A DNA stretch of 64,000 nt from Pseudomonadota bacterium (GTDB taxonomy: Bacteria; Desulfobacterota; Desulfobacteria; Desulfobacterales; JBDRRP01): NCBI GenBank assembly GCA_043825735.1, contig JBDRRP010000075.1:1-64000 (forward strand), read 5' to 3'. The notes beneath the pieces are model-generated. The model was given only the letters and a program-made list of their open reading frames with translations. It searched no databases and was not told the DNA's origin. A program made the translations under genes and the position numbers. Numbering within the stretch: position 1 is the first letter of the stretch; each line of letters opens with the position of its first letter. Shown piece by piece: positions 49,203 through 59,200 of this stretch.

Positions 49203-50348
49203 TCAGTCCAACTGCAAAGCTGCCGGCGGACAGACAAAAATTCCCGGCTTTATCTCATAAGTCGCATCCACCGGCGCAACCACCCATGCTGATTGGGGTT
49301 GCATTGCAGTGAACAGTTCATAAAAGCCGCGAGAAGGTTTGGGGGCTTTTGAAAGCTTGCATTCAAAAAGATGCCGCGCCCCCGCCCGTTCCAACACCAC
49401 ATCTATTTCCGCGCCATTGGTTGTCCGCAGAAAAGAGGGTTTCCAGCGATCATGCTCAGCGAGTAGATTTTCGATGACAAATCCTTCCCAGGAGGCACCT
49501 GCGATCGGATTTGCCAGAAGGGAATCATAGCTTTCGATATCAAGGAGCGCGTGCAGAATCCCACTGTCCCGCACATATATTTTGGGCGATTTTACCAGTC
49601 TTTTTTTCAGGTTTGTTTCAGCCGGAAGCAACAGGCGGACCATATATGTTTGTTCGAGGATAGCCAGGTATTTTTTCAGGGTGGGAATGGAGATATCGGC
49701 AGCGGCGGCCAATTTGCTATAATTAATCGTCTGGCCATGATAATGTGCCAAAAGCAGCCACAGACGTTCAATTACCGGTACCGGAATATTGAACCCCAAC
49801 CCCGGTATATCCCGCGCCATGTATGTCCTGATGAAATCCAGGCGCCAGTCAAAACTGTCGGCATCACTTTCAGCCAGCACACTTTCCGGAAAACCGCCCC
49901 GGAGCCATGCATAAGACCACGGGGTAACATCAACGACTTCTTTCAGCAAAAACGGCGTCAAGTCTATATAGGCAATTCGACCGGCGAGAGATTCGGTGGA
50001 TTGCCTTATAAGGTCACGAGAGGCTGAGCCCAGAATCAAAAACCTACCGGGCCGTCGATCTTTATCAATTTCCGAGCGCAATACGGAAAAAAACTCGGGC
50101 AGGAGTTGAATCTCATCAAGGCAGATGAGTTTATTCCTATAACGGTCGAAAAAAAGCTCCGGTTCCGACAGCTTATTCCGGTCACTACGGTCCTGTAAAT
50201 CAAGATAGATAGAGGGGATACCGCCAAGGAACTCTTTCGCTGTTGTTGACTTTCCTGACTGTCTCGGACCAAGAATCGCGGTAACAGGTGAACGGGCAAG
50301 CGCCCTAGTCAACCTTTCTTCAACCATCCTCGCCAGATAACCATGCAT
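49203..50348 (-). CDS. AAA_14 ATPase with DUF4143 C-terminal domain
   Basis: GPRQSGKST, CLDEIQ, ILGSAS, RGGFP, KSPKIY.RDSG, EID....FECK; visibly more AT-rich than its neighbours. Confidence 0.88.
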   Translation of the reverse strand: MHGYLARMVEERLTRALARSPVTAILGPRQSGKSTTAKEFLGGIPSIYLDLQDRSDRNKLSEPELFFDRYRNKLICLDEIQLLPEFFSVLRSEIDKDRRPGRFLILGSASRDLIRQSTESLAGRIAYIDLTPFLLKEVVDVTPWSYAWLRGGFPESVLAESDADSFDWRLDFIRTYMARDIPGLGFNIPVPVIERLWLLLAHYHGQTINYSKLAAAADISIPTLKKYLAILEQTYMVRLLLPAETNLKKRLVKSPKIYVRDSGILHALLDIESYDSLLANPIAGASWEGFVIENLLAEHDRWKPSFLRTTNGAEIDVVLERAGARHLFECKLSKAPKPSRGFYELFTAMQPQSAWVVAPVDATYEIKPGIFVCPPAALQLD

Positions 50349-50552
50349 ATTAATAATCTCTATTTGTATTTTGCATGGATAGTAGCAAGGGTTTTTACAA
50401 TATGTCAACGGTTATAAGCACTATTCTTAATGACCGTCATAATTACCGCCCTCTTTTTGAATGGCACCATACCTATCAGGGCTACGCCGCCGGTCCCGGG
50501 GCCATATCCGCGGGCCGCAATAACCATTGAACGTTGAGGTCTCTCATTCCCC

Positions 50553-50607
50553 AAAAAACCAAACGGGCACAGAAGCGGCCTTCGCCACCGCCTGTGCCCG
50601 TTTCTTT
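50553..50607. terminator. Rho-independent terminator for the envelope operon
   Basis: AAACGGGCACAG ... CTGTGCCCGTTT stem flanked by A/T runs. Confidence 0.7.
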
Positions 50608-50696
50608 GGTGATAACTTCAGACTTTTTACGTCGGCGTCACCCTTGGCCCCTCGTCGCTGTTAAGCCGCATCGGCGCAATCCCTGGACCCTTCAGG

Positions 50697-51458
50697 TTAT
50701 TCGCCCGCCGCGCCATCGCGCAGTTTGTTCCACTGGACCCATTCGTTCAGGTCCGCTGCGATGTCGAATCGAAACGGTTTGGCGGCGGATCCGTCCGCAT
50801 TGATGTTTATCTGTTGCAGCGCGCCCACCAGATACACCCACTCTTCCATGCTGACCGGATGGGGGCCTTTGACGGGGGTCGGCTTGGAGAGCACCGGTGG
50901 CGCCGCGGCAGCCGCCGATTCCGTGCGTTTGCTCACCGCCACCTCTCCTTCGTAGACCTTGACCACCGCCGACTTGTCATCGTTGACATCCATCCGGTAG
51001 GTGGTTCCCCGCACGCCGGCCACGGCCGTCGGCGTGGACAGCTCGAAACGGCCGCTACGGCCAAATAGCCGCGCCACCTTGGCCCAGGTCTTACCCGCGA
51101 TGACGTTCACACTCACGTCCCGCGTCTTGGCCGCCTGATCGGCGGCGGCGGCCACCACTTCGAAGGTGGTGCGCTCGTCGAACCGCAGAAAGCTGCCGTC
51201 TGGAAGCCGCAGTTCGATGCGCGCCCCGGTTCCGGTGATCACCCGGTCGCCGCTCACCAGCCGGTCGCCGACGGACAGCGGGGTGGGGGCGGCTTTTACC
51301 CGTGCCACCGAAGCATTCCCCTTGAGATAATTGACCAGCGCCGCATCGCCGCCCACGGCCACTGTCGCTGAAGGCTGGGCGGCCACAGCCGCCCCCGCCC
51401 ACAGGACCACGACAGCGGCCAGCAGCCAGAAGAACGGTTGCTGTTGTGGTTTGTGCAT
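50697..51458 (-). CDS. FecR-domain exported protein
   Basis: Signal peptide; GD.V.TG...RIEL..PDGS, TPTAVAGVRGT, V.VYEGEV; AAGGAG RBS before 51458. Confidence 0.8.
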   Translation of the reverse strand: MHKPQQQPFFWLLAAVVVLWAGAAVAAQPSATVAVGGDAALVNYLKGNASVARVKAAPTPLSVGDRLVSGDRVITGTGARIELRLPDGSFLRFDERTTFEVVAAAADQAAKTRDVSVNVIAGKTWAKVARLFGRSGRFELSTPTAVAGVRGTTYRMDVNDDKSAVVKVYEGEVAVSKRTESAAAAAPPVLSKPTPVKGPHPVSMEEWVYLVGALQQININADGSAAKPFRFDIAADLNEWVQWNKLRDGAAGE

Positions 51459-51474
51459 AAGCTCACGCTCCTTA

Positions 51475-51616
51475 GTGTCCATCCATAAACGGCGTCTTTC
51501 GGCCCCCGGCGGCGTTCTCACTCGTCTTCAATCCTCGAAATAGCAGGCTATTCCTTCGGTTGAAGACTCGCTCGGGCCTTGCCGGAAACCAAAATCCACC
51601 ATTTCTGGAAGGACAC
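51475..51616 (+). mobile_element. 142-bp MITE-like element with terminal inverted repeats and 6-bp target duplication
   Basis: Left GTGTCCATCCATAAACGG versus right end (reverse complement) GTGTCCTTCCAGAAATGG, 15/18 identical; TCCTTA at 51469-51474 and 51617-51622. Confidence 0.8.
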
Positions 51617-51622
51617 TCCTTA

Positions 51623-51720
51623 ATATTGATGGTCATATAAAATTTTCTTCCTTCTTCATTCCTGACTCCGGCCTTCGCCGGAGTGACGGCGTTGATGACT
51701 TTCTATGGTGCCATCAATAT
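51623..51720. repeat. Composite palindromic repeat with inner REP-like hairpin
   Basis: ATATTGATGG ... CCATCAATAT ends; inner ACTCCGGCCTTCGCCGGAGT. Confidence 0.65.
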
Positions 51721-52874
51721 TGGTTCAGCTGACTCTTCAGGGCGCGGATGCTCAGCAGCGCGTCCGCACCGGAAATGACACCGGTGGGCCGAAACTCACC
51801 GGTGCCCAGGTCAACGGCCTCGAGAATCCCGCGCGAGGTGCACACCATGGCGGCATTGAAGTAGGGCAAATCGCTTCTCAGGTCGGGAAAAGGCGATTTG
51901 TTGCCGATGAACATGGTGGCCAGCGACGTATCTCCGGTGATCGTAATGAGGATGTCTTCCACGATCATGGCATACTCGGCACGGGTGATGTTGGCGTCCG
52001 GATTGAAATTACCATCCGGAAAGGGCTGCAGGCCCTTGATGCCCATGGCGATCACCGCCTCGATGTCGGCTTTGAGCACATGGGTGCTGATGTCCGGGGG
52101 CAGACGGGGACCGGCCGTGGGGACGGCGGACTGGCCTGGCGCCTTGAAGCCCGTGTCGAAGGTGCGCTTGGCCTTGCGCCGGTATAGATCGTCGATTTTG
52201 AGCTCCTCAATGAACAGTGCGGCCAGATCGGCGCGTGTGATCTGCTCGAGCAGGGCGATCTTCTTGCCCACTGTTGAGCCGGGCATGGCGCGTTCGATTT
52301 TCTGCACCAGGGTGTACTCCCGGTCCGCTTCTGCCACAAAACCCTTTTTCAAATCCAAAACACGGGTGAACTCCATGACTGACTTGCGAAATTCATAGGA
52401 CACCTTGTAACCGAGCCCCATATAATAAAAAGCGTCAGGGCGCTCCTCGGTGATGCGAAGGGCGTTGCTGTAAGCGCCGCGCATCTCGCCAAGCCAGTTG
52501 GCATCGATCGTCTCTCGCCCCAAATAGTAGACCTGCATATAACCGACCTGCACATCGTAGGTCTGCTCGTCGCCCTTGGCGTACTTTTTGGCGGTGCCCA
52601 CGAAATCAAGCGCCTTTTCATAATCCTGCTGATGGGCACTGGTCAGGCCCAGCCCCAGGTAGGCCGGTCCGTACTTGGGGTCCAGTTGCCGGGCCCGGTC
52701 GAATTCGCGCAGGGCATCATCATATTTTCCAGCCTTAAGATATTTGTACCCGCTGGTCACGTGGTGCTCGGGCGTGTCCATTTCGGCCTGGGGCTTTACC
52801 GGCTGGGGGCCGCAGGCGGCCAGTATCAACATGCAAAAAATGGTCGTCACGATGGCGGTATTTCGAAAACCCAT
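51714..52874 (-). CDS. TPR and S-layer homology (SLH) domain lipoprotein
   Basis: Lipobox LAAC; TPR helices; SLH-like motifs ITRADLA, FPDGNFNPDANITRAE, FRPTGVISGADA. Confidence 0.8.
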   Translation of the reverse strand: MGFRNTAIVTTIFCMLILAACGPQPVKPQAEMDTPEHHVTSGYKYLKAGKYDDALREFDRARQLDPKYGPAYLGLGLTSAHQQDYEKALDFVGTAKKYAKGDEQTYDVQVGYMQVYYLGRETIDANWLGEMRGAYSNALRITEERPDAFYYMGLGYKVSYEFRKSVMEFTRVLDLKKGFVAEADREYTLVQKIERAMPGSTVGKKIALLEQITRADLAALFIEELKIDDLYRRKAKRTFDTGFKAPGQSAVPTAGPRLPPDISTHVLKADIEAVIAMGIKGLQPFPDGNFNPDANITRAEYAMIVEDILITITGDTSLATMFIGNKSPFPDLRSDLPYFNAAMVCTSRGILEAVDLGTGEFRPTGVISGADALLSIRALKSQLNQY

Positions 52875-52962
52875 GGAGCCTCCTTGATCTCTGTAGCGCA
52901 GGCCTCCCGGCAGCGGAGGGCTGTAAGAATTCAAAAAAAGTGGACTTAAGGCCAGAGGGTCG

Positions 52963-53811
52963 TCAATCCACGACGATCATGACCCGGCATTTTTGCAGAA
53001 ACGACAACGTATCTGCAGCGCCGCGGAGCATGGACGCATCCATGTTGCCGATGATCAGATCGCACTTACCGGGTCCCTCAACACGCAGCGCCTTGACCAC
53101 CAACGGATTGTTGGTCACCCGCTCGTTCTCCTTGGCCCCGCCGAGCTCCTTGGCATAACCGCTCATTCCCTGCTGCACGGCGTATTCACGACTGACGAAA
53201 GCAGAGCCATAAACTTCCTGGCCGTTTTCATCCAGGACCTTGGGCGCCATTGCAGGACGCACCCCAAGTCCTCTGGCATCGACAACGAGTCCCGTATAGA
53301 TCACGTTGGACGTCGATGGACCAGGACTCGCCGCCGGGGGCGGCGGCGCGGGGGCCATCACTGTCTGTGGCAGCATCGTGTCGGTGAGTTCACCGTACAT
53401 ATTGATCTCCATGATCACTTCAACGGTGCCGTCCGACATGTACTCCTCGCTCACCTGCCGGGCGCCGCGCACAAAGCCCTGCACGCGAGAGCTGACCACG
53501 TCACTGGAAACCGCAAAGTCCTTGACCACCGTTTCGGAATCGATGCGCACGCCGTTGACGGTTTCAAGAATGTTTCTGAGCGCCACCACCCGTGCGGCCC
53601 TTAAGGCCATGGGGCGCGCATTGGGTTTGCCGTAAAACTGCTGGGGCGGTGCACCGATCCCTTTGCTCTGGATGGTGCCCTTGGTCCAGTTCACACTGCC
53701 CTCGCCGATTTGCTGAACGTAATCGGAGGCATAAACACCCACGCCGCCCAAGGCGCCCACCACTATTAGTGTCACTGCCAGTGCCGTGATTGCCACAAAC
53801 CCTCTTCTCAT
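52963..53811 (-). CDS. Exported LPP20/FlgP-like domain protein
   Basis: Signal peptide; ALRAA.V.A.RN..E.V.GV.IDSET; YTGLVVDARG. Confidence 0.6.
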   Translation of the reverse strand: MRRGFVAITALAVTLIVVGALGGVGVYASDYVQQIGEGSVNWTKGTIQSKGIGAPPQQFYGKPNARPMALRAARVVALRNILETVNGVRIDSETVVKDFAVSSDVVSSRVQGFVRGARQVSEEYMSDGTVEVIMEINMYGELTDTMLPQTVMAPAPPPPAASPGPSTSNVIYTGLVVDARGLGVRPAMAPKVLDENGQEVYGSAFVSREYAVQQGMSGYAKELGGAKENERVTNNPLVVKALRVEGPGKCDLIIGNMDASMLRGAADTLSFLQKCRVMIVVD

Positions 53812-53886
53812 GTTTCCTCCCGTATTCCGATGATGTCCGCTGTGCCAGCACCCCCTGCACTGCACTGCCAGGGGGCGCCGAACGCC

Positions 53887-54762
53887 TTATTTGCCATCCT
53901 TCAACCGGTTCAGGTGGTAGAGCGCTTCCTTGTTGGAAGCATTGACCGCCAACGTCTGCGCCCACCAGCGCCGGGCGTCGTCGCGACGACCGCCGCGGTG
54001 GGCTGTCATGGCCAGACCATTGTAGGCGTTGGCCAGATTGAACACCGCGTCACTGTCGCGGGGGCTGATCCGCAGTGTCTCACGCCATTGCTCGATGGCC
54101 TGCGTGATATCGCCCCGGTTATAAAAAATCCACCCCTTGGCATTGATCGCCCCCACGTGCCGGGGATTGAGCGCCAGGGTTTTTTCGTATTCGTTGAGCG
54201 CGTTCACGAGCATCCCCACGTCATGGAATGCGCGCGCCAGGCGATAATGGGTATCGGCCTCCCCGGAATCGGCATCCCTGGCCTTTTTCAAGTGGGTGAT
54301 GGCCTTTACCGGGTTGTGCCGGATGTTGTAGACGGCACCGATAAAGTAGTGCGCATCCGCGTTGCGATCATCCAGTGCCACGACCCGTTGAAATTGGCTG
54401 AAGGCGGCCTCCAGATCACCCTGCTCCAGGAACAGAATCCCCAGCCACAGTGGCGCAAACGTATTGTCCGGCTCCTGCCGCGTAACGCGCTCGAATACGC
54501 CGGCGGCCTCTTTTGGGCGCCCCGTCTTGGCGTATAAAAGCCCCAGTTGGTTGAGGGCGAATGTATCGTCCGGCGCAAGCTGCAGCGCTTCCTGAAACCG
54601 GGTGACGGCCAACTCGAGCTGCCCTTTATAGTGGGCGTCGGCCCCCTGAAAAATCAGATCACGGGCGTCGCCGGCGCCCATGGCCCGGGGCGCCGACGTC
54701 AGCATCACCAAGGCTGCCCAGACGATCACGCCACAGCGGCACGCGCTCAAAAACCGACTCAC
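53887..54762 (-). CDS. Exported TPR protein
   Basis: Signal peptide followed by about seven TPR units. Confidence 0.85.
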   Translation of the reverse strand: MSRFLSACRCGVIVWAALVMLTSAPRAMGAGDARDLIFQGADAHYKGQLELAVTRFQEALQLAPDDTFALNQLGLLYAKTGRPKEAAGVFERVTRQEPDNTFAPLWLGILFLEQGDLEAAFSQFQRVVALDDRNADAHYFIGAVYNIRHNPVKAITHLKKARDADSGEADTHYRLARAFHDVGMLVNALNEYEKTLALNPRHVGAINAKGWIFYNRGDITQAIEQWRETLRISPRDSDAVFNLANAYNGLAMTAHRGGRRDDARRWWAQTLAVNASNKEALYHLNRLKDGK

Positions 54763-55931
54763 GCCACCCCCTTGACAATGGCATTGGCGATGCCGTCCAG
54801 AAAATCGGGCCGTGAAAGCATGGCCTCTTCCTCAAGGTTCGAAATGAAACCGGTTTCCAGCAGTATGGAAGGCATTTTGGCTTTTCGCAAGACAAAAAAA
54901 TTGGCCGACTGCACCCCCCGGTGCCGCAGCGGCAGCGCGCTATTCATCCGACTCTGGAAAATATCGGCAAAGGTGCCGCTCTGTCGCCAGTTGTTCTTTT
55001 GCTCCAGCCGAAAGAGAATGTCCTCGATATCGATTTGCCCAGGCGCCCGGGGCTTTTCCGCATCGAAACGCAGGACTTCGTTTTCGTAGGCAGCCACTTT
55101 CTCCGCCTCGGCGCTGGAAGCTTTTTCAGCGCAGAAAAAGGTCTCCACCCCACCGGCCGAGCGGTTGGTGCTGGCGTTGATATGGATGCTCAGAAACAGA
55201 TCCGCCCGGTACTGGTTGGCGATTACCGTACGCGCGCTGAGCGGCAGGTAATAATCACCGGTTCGCGTCAAAAACGCGGTCACCCTGCCTTCCCGGGTCA
55301 AACGCTGGTGAACGCGCTGGGCCAGTGCCAGGGTGACGGCCTTTTCCTGCAATCCCCGGGCACCGACCGCACCGCTGTCGAACCCGCCGTGCCCGGCGTC
55401 GATCACAACCCGCGACACTCGGTAGCCCAAACCGCCGTCGTCCTTTAATCGGCGCTCCCATTGCTCGGCCTCGACCTGAGCTGCGGTTTCCAGTTCGGTA
55501 AGACTGCGCTGGGACGGAAGCGGCGCCGGCAACGGGCGCTGGGTGATCATGTCAATCATCATCCGCGAGAAGGTGTCCTCCGGGTTGATCCGCAGGGCCG
55601 CTCGAAATGCGTTCACTGAAGCCGGAAGGCGCCCCATGCCGAAGTATGCCCGCCCCAGCAGCCCTTGAGCCCAGTCGCTGGAAGGATCCAGCGCAACAGC
55701 CTGCTCTAAAACGGTTGCCGCTTCAGCGAAGGATTTTTTCTGGATCAGATCCTGACCCTTTAAGGCCAGATCGAAGGCATTGGCTGCCGCGGCCGAGCCC
55801 ACCGGCAGCATCGCGCCCACAGCCATGGCGGCCACCCCTCGAATACCGGTACCGAGAAACTGCCGCCGGCTCAGGCAATGGCCGGCGGGGGGGTGTCGAT
55901 TCTTCGTGGATGGTGCGCGCGGGGGCATCAT
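54759..55931 (-). CDS. N-acetylmuramoyl-L-alanine amidase (Amidase_3) with Tat signal and TPR domain
   Basis: SRRQFL Tat motif; VIDAGHGG.D, EK, SIHIN, LLETGFISN zinc-amidase motifs. Confidence 0.9.
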   Translation of the reverse strand: MMPPRAPSTKNRHPPAGHCLSRRQFLGTGIRGVAAMAVGAMLPVGSAAAANAFDLALKGQDLIQKKSFAEAATVLEQAVALDPSSDWAQGLLGRAYFGMGRLPASVNAFRAALRINPEDTFSRMMIDMITQRPLPAPLPSQRSLTELETAAQVEAEQWERRLKDDGGLGYRVSRVVIDAGHGGFDSGAVGARGLQEKAVTLALAQRVHQRLTREGRVTAFLTRTGDYYLPLSARTVIANQYRADLFLSIHINASTNRSAGGVETFFCAEKASSAEAEKVAAYENEVLRFDAEKPRAPGQIDIEDILFRLEQKNNWRQSGTFADIFQSRMNSALPLRHRGVQSANFFVLRKAKMPSILLETGFISNLEEEAMLSRPDFLDGIANAIVKGVA

Positions 55932-56073
55932 AACTCCGCCATTGAAAGCCTTCGAATGGTGTCAGCGGGCACTTCTGAATCTGCCGGAAACCGGCACCAA
56001 TCAGGTAGGGCCACTATATCCCAATCCGGTTAACAGGTCAAAACCGTTGAAATTTTGGGCCTCAAACGCTACA

Positions 56074-56257
56074 TCTGGTTATGCACAAAACTCAAGAAAC
56101 AGTGACGGCCAGGCGTAACCCGCGATGTTTTTGATCACCACGAAGTTCACGAAGGACTCGAAGGTTTTCTAACCCACTTGTTTTTTGTTTTCTTCGTGCA
56201 CTTCGTGGCCTTCGTGGTTCACACGCAATGGTGCGTGTAACGTCAACATGAGAATTG
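56074..56257. repeat. Composite palindromic repeat, homologous to 45677-45842
   Basis: Same outer and inner blocks as 45677-45842. Confidence 0.8.
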
Positions 56258-56294
56258 GGCATAATCTTTCACGCTCTTCTCTAAAGAGGCGGAT

Positions 56295-59200
56295 ATGATT
56301 TTTCGACATCGACGCGCAACCATTCTCAAAGGGATCATCGTTCTGACCATAATGGGCACATTCGCCCTCACTGCCTGTGGACCTGGACGCTACCGGTCGG
56401 CGCACCATAAAGATGGCATGGAATCCCTGGCCAGGCGTCAGCCAGCCGCCGCGGTGTCATCATTTTCCGCTGCCGTGGCCGAAGCTGGCGCAAAGGGAGA
56501 TAAGGAAGAAACCGCCCAGATGCTGTCCATACTGGGATGGGCCCTGGCCGAAACCGGGGACTTTGGCGGCGCCCGCACCCGTCTCGAGGAAGCCATTGCC
56601 CTGGCCGAAGCCAACGGCGTCGATCCATCCGTGATGTACGGACGGCTGGCCGTTGTGGACGCTAAAAGCCAGGACGCGGAAACCGGAATAGCGGCGGCGG
56701 AAAAATCTCTTGATCTCACCGCTGCCCGGTGGCGGGAGCGTGCTGGCGGCGGCACCCGCGAGGCGGTGATCGACTACGCCGCGGCCCACGCCGGGCTGCC
56801 TCCCGATGAGGAGATGATACGATCGGTGATCATGTCCGAGACCGCGCTTGCCGTCCTTTACCACACGCAAGGCGACATGGCATCGGCGCGCACCTGGGCC
56901 GCACGGGCCCTCGCCCATGGCGAGTCGCTCGGTTTCATCATGAACATGGCCCCGGCAGAAGACCAGCAGGCCTTTTTCCAGGGCACCGGGGTGGCGGCCG
57001 GCGTCGCCCGCGCTGCGGCGGAAAGCAGCGGCGACCACACGGCTGCCGAGGCATTTCTGGAAACCGGACGCAAGGCATTTGCCCGGATCGGCGTCACGGT
57101 CACCGGTGACGACCTGCTGGGTGCGTACATGGCCTCCGGCGGGTACGCGGCCCAGCCCGGCAAAACCACTGGGGGAGAGCGGTTTTCCGAGGCCTATGAA
57201 GCGGCCATGGCGTTATGGAACGACGGGCGGCTGAGCGCGGCACAGGAGGCCTTCACCGCCGTGGCGGATACCGCTGAAAACAGCGGCCGCCGCGCCGAAC
57301 AGATCCGGGCCCTCAGTCAGGCCGGCTGGATCCAGGCCGAGCAGGGACGCTACGCCGACGCCCTTAAATCCCTTGCCCGGAGTATCGCCGTTGACCCGAG
57401 AAGTGACGAGACGGCCATGAGCCACACCCGCACGGCCGCCATTCAGGCCCGTCTCGGCAACATCGAAAAGGCGCTGGCCGAAGCCGATCAGGCCATGACC
57501 GTCGTCACCGACGCCAGACCCCGGCTGTTCCAAGACCAGGACCGGGAAGCGGCCATCGACCGGTTCGTCAAGAACCCGGGTCTTCCGCCGGACGTCCTGC
57601 TGCTCAAGGCGATCCTCGGAAGCGAAGCGGCACGCACCGTTACCTACTATTTCATGGGCGATTATCCCCGCACCGCTGCTGCGGGCGCCCGCGCCCTGGC
57701 GCACTTTACGGCGGCCCAAACCGCCGTGGGCATCGCTGGCCGTCGGGAACAACGCGACTTTCATGACGGCATGGGCTACACGGCCATGGCCACCGGCGAT
57801 GCCATGGCGTTTCTGGGCAAGGCCGAACAGGGGCGCTCGATGCTCAAAAGCGCACAGGACGCATTCAAGCTGTCCGGCTCCAGGTTCGGCATGTTTGCGG
57901 CCCAGGCGCTTCATGCCTGCACCTATCTGCGCGAAAAACGCTATCGGGATGGCGCCAAAGAGCTGGCTGCCATCTGGTCACAGCTGGAAAAGGACGGCTA
58001 TGACGACATTATGTGGCGCTCCCGCAGCCGATTCGCCTATTATTTCGACATCCATTCCCGTGAGCTCAATGCTCAGCTGCTGCCGACGCTTGGCACCCCG
58101 TCGCCGGCGGCGCTGACAGCGAATCAGCTGCGATGGCGGCAGGAAACCACCCGGGTGGTGCGAGAGAGCCTCACGGCCGTTTCACCGCTGCTGCCGCCCG
58201 GCCAGTTGGACAACGCCGGCAGTTCGGCGACCCTGTTTGAGAAGGCCGCCACCGGCAGCGATCTCATGCGCACCGGCACATCGCTTTTCAAGGACATACA
58301 ACTGGTGGCCCTGTCCAATTACGAGGCGGCCATCGACCACGTTGAATCGATTCGTTCGATGCTGGAGACCGATCTCAACAAGCGCGCCTTCAGAGCAGAC
58401 AAATCCATTTTATACGACGGATACATCCGCCTGAGCACGGAACTTCATGGCGCGGCCGCCGGTTTTGAGGCGCTGGAACGGGCCAAAGCGCGCAACCTGC
58501 TGGATCTTTTGGCCACACGGACCGTGGCTTTCAAACCGTCTGCCCAAACGCAGGAATTGGCCGATATCCGCCAGGCGGTAACTGCCGCAACGGACACCGT
58601 GCCGCCCTCGGGGGAGGGATCCGGAAGCGGCGGCGATACGCTGGCGGCGCAGACACGTCGCTATCGCGCCCTTGTCGTGAGCGCCCGTGATCGCTCCCCG
58701 GAGCTGGCTTCCTTTCTCACCGTGACCTATCCGCGCGTCGATGACGTCCGGCGCATGCTCCCCCAAGGCAGTGCGCTGGTGGCCTATCATCTGAGCGACC
58801 GCGACGGGATCGTCTTTACAGTCACCCCTGAGGCGGTGATGGCAGAAACACTCAAAATGGGCAAAAACGGCCTGACGCCGGCTGTGGCTGGGCTTCGTCA
58901 GGCCATCGTTGACATGGACCCGGACACCGTTTCGTCGGCGGCAGGCGCGCTTTACGAGGTGCTCATCGCCCCCGTGGCGGGCCACCTGAAAGCCAACCGG
59001 CTCATCATTTCGCCGGACGGGGTCCTCTTTTACCTGCCCTTTGGCGTACTGCAAAAGGATGGGCAGTATCTGACGTCGCGCTACAGCCTCACATTCACTC
59101 CCAGCGCCGGGGTGCTGGGATATGCGCTGAAGAAAAACGGCGGCCGCAGTGGCCCGATGCTGGCACTGGGCAATCCCGATCTGGGCGACACGGCATTGGA

